From positions 22,433-86,432 of the forward strand of contig JBMNVW010000004.1 in the NCBI GenBank assembly GCA_050947035.1: a DNA stretch of 64,000 nt, read 5' to 3'. This document shows positions 30,028 through 39,494 of this stretch, piece by piece. Positions within the stretch are counted from its first letter, which is position 1; the number at the start of each line of letters is the position of its first letter. The position numbers were made by a program, and so were the translations under genes. The notes under the pieces were generated by a model. It was not told the DNA's origin. It made no database searches and worked only from the letters and a program-made list of their open reading frames with translations. Origin of the DNA: Patescibacteria group bacterium (GTDB taxonomy: Bacteria > Patescibacteriota > Microgenomatia > 0-14-0-10-38-17).

Positions 30028-30945
30028 ATGAACGAAATGAAGAAGGTTTTTATCTGGCTATTTTTATTATCGTTTTTGTTTTTGGCTCCTCTAGCTCGAG
30101 CCCAAGTTGTTTCTCCTACCCCTGATCAAGAAGAGTCTCTTTTGGAAAATAATGACCAAGAAATATCTGAAGCCGATGAGGAGGCAGAAGAAATCGAGAA
30201 AGAGAAAAGCGAAAAAATTACTGAGCCGACTGAGGTAGTTAAGGGGCGCTTGACCCTACTTTTGGAAAGCCAGGAGTTAGGCGAATTAGGGATAGCTAAT
30301 TTCTTAAAATATGCGATTAGAAAAACAGTTGATCAAGGAATTCCCCCTAACACGGTAGTTTTGGTTTTTTTGCTTCCCTTGGTGGCCACTTTAATTACTA
30401 TTGTTCGTTATGTTTTTGGTATTTCTGGTTTTGGTATTTTTACTCCGGTGATGATTTCGGTTGCTTTTATTGCTACTGGCTTAACTCAAGGATTGGTTTT
30501 GTTTTTAATTATTGTGACTATTGCTATTTTAGCCCGCACCCTATTAAGAAAAGTTCGAGTTCACTTTTTACCTCGCATGTCTTTATTATTATGGTTTGTT
30601 TGTTTAGGAGTTTTTGCCCTTCTCTATTTAGGGCCTCAATTGGGCTTTGATGATGTGGCTGATATTTCTATTTTCCCGATTTTAATTGTTGTTCTCTTAG
30701 CGGAGAACTTTATTGAGGTTTTGATTGGCAAAAACAGTGCCGAGGCTCTAAAAATGACCGGCCAAACTTTAATTGTGGCCATTTTCGGGTTTTGGTTTTT
30801 AAATTGGCGGCCTCTTCAGGGCTTTGTTCTATTAAATCCAGAACTAGTTTTCTTGACCCTCTTAATTATTAATTTAATAATTGGGCGTTATTCGGGCCTG
30901 CGTTGGTTGGAGTATCGTCGCTTCCGTTCTATTTTTAAAAGTTAA
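30028..30945 (+). CDS. secreted seven-transmembrane protein (signal peptide, acidic ectodomain, 7 predicted TM helices)
   Basis: hydrophobicity pattern read from translation; first gene of a tightly coupled 5-gene operon. Confidence 0.55.
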   Translation: MNEMKKVFIWLFLLSFLFLAPLARAQVVSPTPDQEESLLENNDQEISEADEEAEEIEKEKSEKITEPTEVVKGRLTLLLESQELGELGIANFLKYAIRKTVDQGIPPNTVVLVFLLPLVATLITIVRYVFGISGFGIFTPVMISVAFIATGLTQGLVLFLIIVTIAILARTLLRKVRVHFLPRMSLLLWFVCLGVFALLYLGPQLGFDDVADISIFPILIVVLLAENFIEVLIGKNSAEALKMTGQTLIVAIFGFWFLNWRPLQGFVLLNPELVFLTLLIINLIIGRYSGLRWLEYRRFRSIFKS

Positions 30946-30959
30946 ACTTTATTTTCCCA

Positions 30960-32243
30960 ATGAAAAGATGGCCAGACATCTTGGGCATGAATGCCCGTAA
31001 TCATCAATATATTCGTCATAATACTAAAAAGGGTCGACAAATTGCCGATTCCAAGTTGGACACAAAAAAGATTTTAACTAAGCACAACTTGCCTACTCCG
31101 GAACTAATTAAGGTTTTTGAAAATAATGACGATCTTAATAATTTTTCTTGGGTCGGTTTACCGGATAATTTTGTTCTTAAGCCGTCGAGTGGCTTTGGTG
31201 GCGAAGGAATTTTGGTAATTAGAAAAAAAAGCCGTTTTGCCGGTGAGTGGGAGTTGATGAATGGCGAAATTATTGGTGTTTCTGATCTTAAGTTCCACGC
31301 TCAAGAAATTTTATCCGGTCGTTATAGTCTTCACAACGCTCCCGACCAGGCCTTTATTGAGGAACGGGTTAAGATTATTAAGGTTTTCGGTAAATATGTA
31401 AAGGGAGGGACACCCGATATTCGGGTGATCATTTTTAATAAGGTGCCGGTGATGGCCATGTTAAGATTGCCGACTGAGGAGTCTGATGGTAAGGCTAATC
31501 TTCATCAGGGGGCAGTGGGACTAGGAATTGATTTAGCTACCGGAGTGACCACTTATGGCATTCATCATGGCCGGTCAATTAAATACTTACCAGGAACGAG
31601 GATCAAGGTTAATGGTTTAAGGGTTCCTTCTTGGGAGCAAATTCTTCTTAATTCAGTTCGGACTCAAGAAGCCATTCCTTCCTTGGGTTACTTAGGGATT
31701 GATTTTTTAATTGATCGTAATAAGGGGCCGTTGATTGTTGAGTTAAATGCTCGGCCGGGTTTGTCGATTCAAGTAGCTAATCAAGCTGGTTTACAAAAAA
31801 GGCTGGAGCGAGTAGAAAGATTGGAAATTCGTAATCCTGAGCATGGGGTTAAGATTGCTAAAGCCTTGTTTGGGGCTAGTTTCGCCGATAAGGTAAATAG
31901 CAAGAATGAGCCTAAAATAATTAGCCTACTTGAAGAAATAAAAATTGTTGCCCAGGATAAGACTCGAATCCCAGTAATGGCTAAAGTTGATACTGGGGCT
32001 GACAGAAGCGCCATTGATGAGGAGCTGGCTCAAAGATTGGGGTTGCTGTCGAAGGATAATATTATTTATCAGGCTCGTTATCGAAGCGCCCTAGGCAAAC
32101 ATCGTCGGCCGATAATTGCCTTGAATTATTATTTGGCTGGCCAAAAAATTAATAGTATGGTTAGTGTGACCGATCGGAGCAAATTACGAACAAAGTTTTT
32201 GATTGGTAAAAGAGATTTGTTAGGTTTTGTTATTCGGCCATGA
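30960..32243 (+). CDS. ATP-grasp (RimK-like) ligase fused to C-terminal retropepsin-like aspartic protease domain
   Basis: ATP-grasp motifs FVLKPSSGFGGEGI and LIVELNARPG; C-terminal VDTGADRSAID (D-T-G-A aspartyl protease signature). Confidence 0.7.
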   Translation: MKRWPDILGMNARNHQYIRHNTKKGRQIADSKLDTKKILTKHNLPTPELIKVFENNDDLNNFSWVGLPDNFVLKPSSGFGGEGILVIRKKSRFAGEWELMNGEIIGVSDLKFHAQEILSGRYSLHNAPDQAFIEERVKIIKVFGKYVKGGTPDIRVIIFNKVPVMAMLRLPTEESDGKANLHQGAVGLGIDLATGVTTYGIHHGRSIKYLPGTRIKVNGLRVPSWEQILLNSVRTQEAIPSLGYLGIDFLIDRNKGPLIVELNARPGLSIQVANQAGLQKRLERVERLEIRNPEHGVKIAKALFGASFADKVNSKNEPKIISLLEEIKIVAQDKTRIPVMAKVDTGADRSAIDEELAQRLGLLSKDNIIYQARYRSALGKHRRPIIALNYYLAGQKINSMVSVTDRSKLRTKFLIGKRDLLGFVIRP

Positions 32244-33295
32244 AGTTTTTTAAAAATAAGAAAATAATTATTATTGTTATTCTTTTGCTTCTGGTTACGG
32301 CCGGGGTTGCTTTTGCTGTTTCAAAGTCGGACTCTGTTTCTAAAAAAGAAGCCGTGGAAACGGTTAAGGTTAAAAGAGGCGATTTATCTTTAATTGTCTC
32401 TGCCTCGGGGCAAATTGATGCCCAAGAAAAAGCCCAGGTTAGATTTCAGACTTCAGGACAATTGGCCTGGGTGGGAGTAGCCGAAGGCGACCGGGTGAAA
32501 AAATGGCAGGCCCTGGCCTCACTTGATAAAAAAGAATTAGAAAAGAGATTAGAAAAAGAACTTAATGATTTTATGACTCAAAAGTGGACCTTTGACCAAA
32601 CCCATGATGATTATCAAGAAGAAAAAGATAATGCCGTCATCACCAAAGAAATTGAGCGGATTTTAGATAAGGCCCAATTTGCTTTGAGCAATCAGGTTAT
32701 TGATGTTGAATTGGCCGATTTGGCCCTAAAATATGCCACTATTTATTCGCCAATTAATGGTATTGTTACCGAAATTGACTCTCCCCTACCAGGAGTAAAC
32801 ATTACTCCCGCTCAGGCGACTTTTATGGTTGTTAATCCCGATTCTCTGGCTTTTTATTTAAAAATTAATGAAACAGAGGTGGTTGGTTTACAAGAGGGTC
32901 AGGAAGTTGCTGTTCGGCTTGATGCTTTTCCGAGTCAAGAATTTCCTGGTCAAATTAACAAAATTGGTTTTATTCCTCTCTCCGGGCAGGGAACTTATTA
33001 TCAAGTAATAGTTTCTTTTGAAGAAAAAAATTCTGCTTTTCGAGTCGGCATGGGTGGTGATGGCCAGATCTTAATTGAGAAAAAAACTGGAGTGTTAATT
33101 GTGCCGGAATCGGCTTTGATTAAACGAGGAGATACTTATTCAGTCTTCCAGATTATTGATGGCCAAGCCCGAAAAAGGCCGGTTGTTATTGGTTTAATTT
33201 CTGATCAGGGAGTCGAGGTTATTGAAGGACTAGAAGAGGGTCAGGTAGTTATTTCTTCTGGGGTGAGTAAAATTAGCGATGGTCAAAAAATCTAA
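32240..33295 (+). CDS. periplasmic adaptor (HlyD/MacA-like membrane fusion protein)
   Basis: N-terminal TM anchor, coiled-coil hairpin and beta-barrel/lipoyl-like segments; start overlaps previous stop (ATGA). Confidence 0.75.
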   Translation: MKFFKNKKIIIIVILLLLVTAGVAFAVSKSDSVSKKEAVETVKVKRGDLSLIVSASGQIDAQEKAQVRFQTSGQLAWVGVAEGDRVKKWQALASLDKKELEKRLEKELNDFMTQKWTFDQTHDDYQEEKDNAVITKEIERILDKAQFALSNQVIDVELADLALKYATIYSPINGIVTEIDSPLPGVNITPAQATFMVVNPDSLAFYLKINETEVVGLQEGQEVAVRLDAFPSQEFPGQINKIGFIPLSGQGTYYQVIVSFEEKNSAFRVGMGGDGQILIEKKTGVLIVPESALIKRGDTYSVFQIIDGQARKRPVVIGLISDQGVEVIEGLEEGQVVISSGVSKISDGQKI

Positions 33296-33998
33296 ACCCT
33301 CATCAGATCAACGGCCGGTTTATCGGTTAAAAAATATCAAAAGACGTTATCAAACCGGCCAAGTCGAAGTTCAGGCGTTAAGGGGTATAGATTTATTGAT
33401 TGACCCAGGTGAGTTTGTGGCTTTGGTTGGTTCGTCTGGTTCTGGTAAATCAACCCTAATGCATGTTTTGGGTCTTTTAGATCGCCCAGACGACGGTAGG
33501 CTATATCTTCAAGGAAAAGAGGTTTCTGCCCTTTCTGAGGGTCAAAGAGCGCGTCTTAGACGGGATAAAATTGGCTTTGTTTTCCAAACTTTTCACCTTT
33601 TACCTAGATTAACAGCCTTAGAGAACGTTGAGCTTCCTTTAATTTATAGTCATGTTTCTTATAGTCAAAGACTAGATCGGGCTCGAAAAAATTTGGCCTT
33701 AGTTGGTTTGTCTGATCGGGTGGATCATTTGCCAACGGAACTTTCTGGTGGCCAGCAACAGCGAGTAGCCATCGCTCGAGCTCTAATTAACAATCCTTCG
33801 GTAGTTTTAGCGGATGAGCCTACTGGCAATTTGGATAGTGGGTCGGGTAAAGAAATAATGGCTATTTTTAAAAAACTTAACCATCGGGGTCGAACAATTG
33901 TTTTGGTTACCCATGATCTTGAAATTGCCCAATCGGCCCAAAGATTAGTGACTATCAAAGACGGCTTAATTACTAAAGATAAAAAAAATGTTGCTTAA
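33279..33998 (+). CDS. ABC transporter ATP-binding protein (MacB/LolD-type)
   Basis: Walker [13 protein letters not shown] signature [15 protein letters not shown], Walker B VVLADEPT. Confidence 0.9.
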   Translation: MVKKSKPSSDQRPVYRLKNIKRRYQTGQVEVQALRGIDLLIDPGEFVALVGSSGSGKSTLMHVLGLLDRPDDGRLYLQGKEVSALSEGQRARLRRDKIGFVFQTFHLLPRLTALENVELPLIYSHVSYSQRLDRARKNLALVGLSDRVDHLPTELSGGQQQRVAIARALINNPSVVLADEPTGNLDSGSGKEIMAIFKKLNHRGRTIVLVTHDLEIAQSAQRLVTIKDGLITKDKKNVA

Positions 33999-35184
33999 TT
34001 TAGAAATTTTTAAAGTTGCTCTTCGTTCTTTGTGGGCCAATAAAATGCGCTCCTTTTTAACAATGCTGGGGATTATTATTGGGGTAGCGGCGGTTATTGC
34101 CTTAGTTTCTATTGGTACCGGCCTAAAACTTTTTATAACGGAACAGTTTGAGGCCCTAGGAAGCAACTTAATTTATGTTTATCCGGGGGACTTATCCGGT
34201 GGTTTCAGAGAGCAGGCCTTGATTAGTAAAATAAGATTAGAAGACCAACACCATCAAGCCATCGCTCGCCTAGATATGCCAATTGAGGCTATTTCAGCGA
34301 TGACTCAAGTTGCTGACGAAGCTAAATATAGAGAAAATACTTTTACTTCGGTTATTTTAGGAGCGGAGTCAAGTTATGGCCAGATAGCCAATGTTGATCT
34401 TGAAATAGGTCGATTCTTTTCTGAAAACGAGGAAGAAAGAAGAAAAAAAGTTGCCATACTTGGTAATCGGGCTGTCGAAGAAATTTTTCCCGGTATTGAT
34501 CCTTTAGGAAAAAGTTTTTTCTTGGCGGGAACGTCTTTTGAGGTGATTGGAACCCTGGAGGAACAGGGTGGTGGAGCAATGGGATCTTCTTCGATTGACG
34601 ATACGATTATTATTCCTCTAGAGACAGCCAAGACTCTCTTTAGTCAAGAAGAATACAGCGCCATTGTTATTAAAGCCCAGTCTGAGGAGGATATTGATGA
34701 AATTAAGGCTTCGGTTGAAGAGGAACTGCTTGGTTTTTTTGATGAAGGTGATTTTTCGATTCTTGACCAGAAGCAAATTTTAAACCAAATTGATAGTATT
34801 TTGGGGATGTTGACTTTAGCCTTAGGAGGAATTGCCGCCATATCTTTATTGGTGGGAGGGATTGGGATAATGAATATTATGTTGGTGTCGGTAACAGAGA
34901 GAACCGCCGAAATTGGCCTAAGAAAAGCCGTTGGGGCAGAAAATAAAGATATTTTAATTCAATTTATTATCGAGTCAGTTCTTTTGAGTGTTTTGGGTGG
35001 TTTAATAGGAGTAATTTTTGGCATTTTAGGCTCATTGGCAATTGGCTCTTTTTTAGAAACAGCCGTTACCCCTTGGTCAGTTTTGTTGGCTTTTTCTATC
35101 TCAACCCTAATAGGAATAATTTTCGGAGTTGCCCCAGCTAAAAAAGCGTCCAGCCTTGATCCGATTGAGGCGTTAAGATACTAG
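33988..35184 (+). CDS. ABC transporter permease, FtsX/MacB-type
   Basis: N-terminal TM, large extracytoplasmic MacB_PCD-like domain, C-terminal 3-TM FtsX domain. Confidence 0.8.
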   Translation: MLLNLEIFKVALRSLWANKMRSFLTMLGIIIGVAAVIALVSIGTGLKLFITEQFEALGSNLIYVYPGDLSGGFREQALISKIRLEDQHHQAIARLDMPIEAISAMTQVADEAKYRENTFTSVILGAESSYGQIANVDLEIGRFFSENEEERRKKVAILGNRAVEEIFPGIDPLGKSFFLAGTSFEVIGTLEEQGGGAMGSSSIDDTIIIPLETAKTLFSQEEYSAIVIKAQSEEDIDEIKASVEEELLGFFDEGDFSILDQKQILNQIDSILGMLTLALGGIAAISLLVGGIGIMNIMLVSVTERTAEIGLRKAVGAENKDILIQFIIESVLLSVLGGLIGVIFGILGSLAIGSFLETAVTPWSVLLAFSISTLIGIIFGVAPAKKASSLDPIEALRY

Positions 35185-35423
35185 GGCCGATTAAAATCGG
35201 CAATTTCCAATTTTCCAATTTTCCAATATCCAAACAAATTCCAAATCTCAAATTATAAATTACAAAAATAAATTATTATATTGTTATATGGATTTTTTAA
35301 GAATCAAAGTATCGCCAATAATTTAAAACAATTAAACATTTTAACAACAGACTATTAAATCATTAAACAATTAGAAGTTGATTAAAAATTAAAATTAGCA
35401 ATTAGAAATTAAATAGTATTTTT

Positions 35424-36635
35424 ATGCTTAACAAAAACTCCTCCCCCTTGGCTGATCGGATTCGTCCCAAGACTTTGGCAAACTTTGTTGGCCAACAGCA
35501 CTTAGTGGGTAAGGGGAAAATTTTACGTCAGTTGATTGATGGAGACCAGCTTTTTTCTTTAATTTTTTGGGGACCGCCGGGAGTAGGCAAAACAACCTTA
35601 GCTCGAATTATTGCCCAAGATACGCAGTCTTTCTTTGTTGAGAAATCAGCGGTTTCAGCTCGAGTGGCCGATATTCGCCGAATCGCCAAAGAGGCTAAGG
35701 TAAGGTTAAAAAAAGATCAAAAAACAATTTTTTTCTTGGACGAAATTCATCGTTTTAATAAGGCCCAACAAGACGCTCTGCTTCCCCATGTTGAAGATGG
35801 CACCATTATCCTAATTGGAGCAACAACGGAGAACCCCTCTTTTGAAGTGATTGGTCCCCTGCTCTCTCGATCAAGAGTCTTAGTTTTAGATCCCTTAGAA
35901 AAAGATGAATTAGAAAAAATTCTTAACCGGGGCTTGGGAAAATTAAATTTGGCTATTAGTCCCAAAGCAAAAGAATTTCTTCTATCAGCGGCAAATTCTG
36001 ACGCCAGAAACCTATTAAATATTTTAGAGGTTGCTTATACATTATATTGTAGTGATGAAAACAGCAAGAAAAGTCTGACAGTTCAATATATTAAAGAAGC
36101 CCTACAGCGAGAAAATCTTTTTTATGATCGCGCTGGAGAAGAACACTACAATACAATTTCGGCTTTTATTAAATCGATGAGAGCCAGTAATCCCGATGCG
36201 GCTCTTTACTATTTAGCCCGGATGGTGGAGGCTGGGGAAGACCCGCTTTTTATTGCTCGTCGAATGGTTATTTTTGCCTCTGAAGATATTGGGGTGGCTG
36301 TTCCGACGGCGCTAGTGGTGGCCAACGAGGTTTTTCGAGCTTGCGAGACGATTGGCTATCCGGAGTGTGCCATTAATCTGGCTCATGGGGTGGTTTATTT
36401 AGCCAATGCCCCCAAAGACCGTTCGGCTTATACTGGTTTAAAATTGGCCCAAAAAGATGTTAAAAAGCATGGTAATTTACCCATTCCCCTTCATCTTCGC
36501 AACCCAGTGACTGATTTAATGAAAAAACAAGGCTACGGCAAGGGCTACGAAAAATATTCAAAAAAAGATAAAAATTTGCTCCCGAAGAAACTGAAAGGCA
36601 AGAAATATTTTTTTAATAAGAAGAAGAAAAACTGA
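35424..36635 (+). CDS. rarA: replication-associated recombination protein A (AAA+ ATPase)
   Basis: Walker A GPPGVGKTT, DEIHRFNKAQQD sensor region, MgsA C-terminal domain. Confidence 0.9.
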   Translation: MLNKNSSPLADRIRPKTLANFVGQQHLVGKGKILRQLIDGDQLFSLIFWGPPGVGKTTLARIIAQDTQSFFVEKSAVSARVADIRRIAKEAKVRLKKDQKTIFFLDEIHRFNKAQQDALLPHVEDGTIILIGATTENPSFEVIGPLLSRSRVLVLDPLEKDELEKILNRGLGKLNLAISPKAKEFLLSAANSDARNLLNILEVAYTLYCSDENSKKSLTVQYIKEALQRENLFYDRAGEEHYNTISAFIKSMRASNPDAALYYLARMVEAGEDPLFIARRMVIFASEDIGVAVPTALVVANEVFRACETIGYPECAINLAHGVVYLANAPKDRSAYTGLKLAQKDVKKHGNLPIPLHLRNPVTDLMKKQGYGKGYEKYSKKDKNLLPKKLKGKKYFFNKKKKN

Positions 36636-36636
36636 G

Positions 36637-36709
36637 TGCACCCAGAGAGATTCGAACTCTCGACCTGCCGCTTAAGAGGCGGATGCTCTACCAGCTGAGC
36701 TATGGGTGC
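36637..36709 (-). tRNA. tRNA-Lys (anticodon CTT)
   Basis: acceptor GCACCCA/TGGGTGC, D-arm TAGCTCAGCTGGTAGAGC, anticodon loop CTCTTAA, T-arm AGTTCGAATCT. Confidence 0.75.
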
Positions 36710-36959
36710 GAATATATTCTTTAATAAATTTTCTTCCTTGGGCGGTTTTTAATTGTTTTTCTCTTTTGATGGCCTCTTTTCGACCAGGGAACATTTCTTT
36801 ATAAATCAATACCCAGGGCCCTTTGTTTTTATAAGTGTAACTTGTTTTTTTATTATTAATAATTTTATTATGTCTTTGGAGTCTTTTTTCTAGATTGCCT
36901 GTTTGGCCGATGTAAATTTTACCACTAAACTGACTTTTTATAACATAAGCGTAATACAT
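36672..36959 (-). CDS. small GIY-YIG nuclease-domain protein (COG2827/YhbQ-like)
   Basis: YAYVIKS..GKIYIGQTGNLEKRLQRH GIY-YIG core; ORF runs 38 nt into tRNA-Lys with no earlier stop, so the C-terminus is uncertain. Confidence 0.65.
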   Translation of the reverse strand: MYYAYVIKSQFSGKIYIGQTGNLEKRLQRHNKIINNKKTSYTYKNKGPWVLIYKEMFPGRKEAIKREKQLKTAQGRKFIKEYIRTHSSAGRASAS

Positions 36960-36960
36960 T

Positions 36961-37020
36961 ATTAATTATACCGCTTAAGAGTCCGCCGGCTGGCGGATCT
37001 GCCACTGAGCTACGGACGCG
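36961..37020 (-). pseudogene. degenerate tRNA-like fragment (acceptor+D-arm+Lys-type anticodon arm with 10-nt insertion, no T-arm)
   Basis: reverse complement GCGTCCGTAGCTCAGTGGCAGATCCGCC[AGCCGGCGGA]CTCTTAAGCGG shares TCCGCC..CTCTTAAGCGG with tRNA-Lys; followed directly by TATAAT and the GIY-YIG start. Confidence 0.5.
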
Positions 37021-37162
37021 AATTAAAATTTCTAATGACTTAAAAATCTCTGCCAGACTTGGCCGGGTCCTTTTTTTGAAATAGCGGACTTTAATTCGCG
37101 CTAAGAGCCAAAGCGCGGGCTAAGACCCTCTACTCCAGTTTTTGAAGTAGCGCAATTTATTG

Positions 37163-37235
37163 CGCGCCTGGCAGGACTTGAACCTGCAACCTACTGTTCC
37201 GAAGACAGTCACTCTATCCATTGAGCTACAGGCGC
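37163..37235 (-). tRNA. tRNA-Arg (anticodon TCG)
   Basis: acceptor GCGCCTG/CAGGCGC, anticodon stem ACTGT/ACAGT with loop CTTCGGA, T-arm GGTTCAAGTCC. Confidence 0.75.
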
Positions 37236-37281
37236 TTTTTCGTTCCTAATTATATCAGAAAGAAGAGATTTTTCATTAAAT

Positions 37282-39336
37282 TTAAGATGTTAAGGAAATT
37301 TTAACATCGACGGCTGCTGCCTTTTTATAGTTAACAATTAGGGGGTTGATATCTAGTTGACTAATTTGAGGGAAAGACTCAACCAATTTGGCAATTATTA
37401 AAAGGGTTTTTTCTATTTTGTCTAAATTGAGTTCTTTTTTGCCTCTAGTTCCTTTTAAAATAGGATAAATTTTTAATTCGGAAAGCATTTCTTGGGCATT
37501 ATTCTTAGTAATCGGCAAAGCCCTAAAAGCCCGATCTTTTAAAACTTCAGTGTAAATGCCGCCAGCGCCAACCATTAGCAAATGGCCAAAGGCCGGGTCT
37601 TTTTTAACACCGATAATTATTTCTATCTCTCCGGTTATGGCTTCAGACAAGATAAATTCAGCTTGAGGGAACCCCTTCTTCATTTTATTAAACTGCTCGA
37701 CAAAATTTTTTTTAGAAGTTATTTTTTTGACTGCTTCGGCTTCAGTGCGATGGGCAATGTCAGCGGATAAAACCTTTAAAAATGCCGGGTAACCAATTTT
37801 TTCCAGAGTTTTTATTCCCTTTTCTTGATTGTTAAAAACCGCAAATTTTGGAGTATCAATCTGACAGGCAGACAATAATTGCAAGCCCTCAGCCTCATTT
37901 AGTTTTGATCGATTAACTTGGCCAATTAATTTTTCTATTTTTTTCCGACGATTGATCTTAGTTTTATTTTTTATGATTTTTTGTTTAGTTTTTTTCTGCC
38001 AGGAGATTATTTTAGCCAAAGATAAAAGGGCTTGCTGGGGATTACCAAAGCCAACCATTTGGTTTTTTTGAAAAATGTTTTTGGCAGCTTGAACACTTTC
38101 TCCCCCCATAAATATAGGAATAAGAGGTTTTTTAGTTTTTAATTGGGTTAGTTTTTGGGCAATGGCCTCGACATTGGTTCCTCTTTGTTTGGTGAGAATA
38201 ATGACCAAGTTATCAACGGCCGGATCAGATAAAACAGCCTGACAAGCCTCAAAATAAGTTTTTTCATTGGCATTACCTAAGATGTCAATTGGGTTATTAA
38301 GGCTTGCTTCCTGGGGTAAAAAATCAGCTAGCTTTTTTGTCGTTTTTTTAGAAAAATTAGCCAAAGATAAATTATTATTAATTAAGGCATCGGTTGTTAA
38401 AACCCCCGGACCACCAGCGTTAGTAACGATAGCCGTTTTTGGGCCCAAGCTTTTTTGGGCAAAAATAGTTAATAGCTTAGCCAAATTAATTAAATCAGTC
38501 AGGCTATTAGCCTCAATAATGTTGGCTTGGGCAAAAACTCCTTGAGTAATTTTTTCGGGGGTGGCCAAACTGGCGGTATGAGATTGGGCTGATTTGGCCC
38601 CCTGGTCGGTTTTTCCCGCTTTTAAAATAACTAGTGGTTTTTGGCTGGTGATCTTTTGGGCTAAGTTAATTAACCTTTGCCCATTTTTAAATGATTCAAG
38701 GTAGGCAATGACAAGATCAGTATTTTTGTCTTGGCCAAAGAACTCAATTAAATCAGCCTCATTAAGATTGGCTTTATTACCCAGGCTGGCAAAATAAGAA
38801 AAACCCAAACCCGACTCGTTAATCAGCTCAATAACTGGAGCCGCCAAGGCCCCAGATTGGGAAGCAAAACCAATTTTACCGGAATTGGGCATAATTTCTC
38901 CCCAAGAAGCATTAAGGCCAATTTCAGGGTTAATTATTCCTAGACAGTTTGGCCCCAAAAAATTTAAATCATATTTTTGGGCGATTTTATTTAGCTGGTC
39001 TTGTTTTTTTTGGCCCTCTAATCCGATTTCAGCAAATCCAGCGCTAATAATAATGGCTGTTTTGGTGCCGGATTGACCGACTTCCTCCAGGACCAGAGGA
39101 ACAATTTTGGCGGGGACAACAATTATTGCCAAATCAACCGGGCTTGGTAGACCCAGGATCGAGGGCAAGGCTTTGTGACCAAGAATTTTTTTGGCTTTAG
39201 GGTTAATAGGATAAATCTTTCCTTGGAAATTAGAATTAACCAGGTTGTTAAAAATTAAGTGGCCAATTTTTTGCCTGTTTCTTGAGGCGCCAATAACGGC
39301 AATTGATTTGGGGTAAAACAGTTTTTTTAGACTCAT
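37282..39336 (-). CDS. acetate--CoA ligase (ADP-forming), fused alpha/beta subunits
   Basis: N-terminal CoA-binding Rossmann (SIAVIGAS), succinyl-CoA-synthetase-like ligase-CoA domain and C-terminal ATP-grasp domain. Confidence 0.8.
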   Translation of the reverse strand: MSLKKLFYPKSIAVIGASRNRQKIGHLIFNNLVNSNFQGKIYPINPKAKKILGHKALPSILGLPSPVDLAIIVVPAKIVPLVLEEVGQSGTKTAIIISAGFAEIGLEGQKKQDQLNKIAQKYDLNFLGPNCLGIINPEIGLNASWGEIMPNSGKIGFASQSGALAAPVIELINESGLGFSYFASLGNKANLNEADLIEFFGQDKNTDLVIAYLESFKNGQRLINLAQKITSQKPLVILKAGKTDQGAKSAQSHTASLATPEKITQGVFAQANIIEANSLTDLINLAKLLTIFAQKSLGPKTAIVTNAGGPGVLTTDALINNNLSLANFSKKTTKKLADFLPQEASLNNPIDILGNANEKTYFEACQAVLSDPAVDNLVIILTKQRGTNVEAIAQKLTQLKTKKPLIPIFMGGESVQAAKNIFQKNQMVGFGNPQQALLSLAKIISWQKKTKQKIIKNKTKINRRKKIEKLIGQVNRSKLNEAEGLQLLSACQIDTPKFAVFNNQEKGIKTLEKIGYPAFLKVLSADIAHRTEAEAVKKITSKKNFVEQFNKMKKGFPQAEFILSEAITGEIEIIIGVKKDPAFGHLLMVGAGGIYTEVLKDRAFRALPITKNNAQEMLSELKIYPILKGTRGKKELNLDKIEKTLLIIAKLVESFPQISQLDINPLIVNYKKAAAVDVKISLTS

Positions 39337-39494
39337 ACTATTAATTATTATGCCTTATTTGCCCACTTTGGGCAATTGATGTTTAGGCGGTTGATAGGCT
39401 TGGTTGTAAATTTTGCGGTTCGGGGTGGTAACTTGGGCACCATGTTTGGTTTGTTTTGTTTTTTTTCGTCGCTGATGTCTTTTGCTTGTTTTAA

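Noticed and set aside
36961-37020. tRNA-like sequence considered as a tenth functional tRNA
   Set aside because: It has no T-arm and carries a 4-nt-loop hairpin insertion in the anticodon arm, so it is a pseudogene or fragment.
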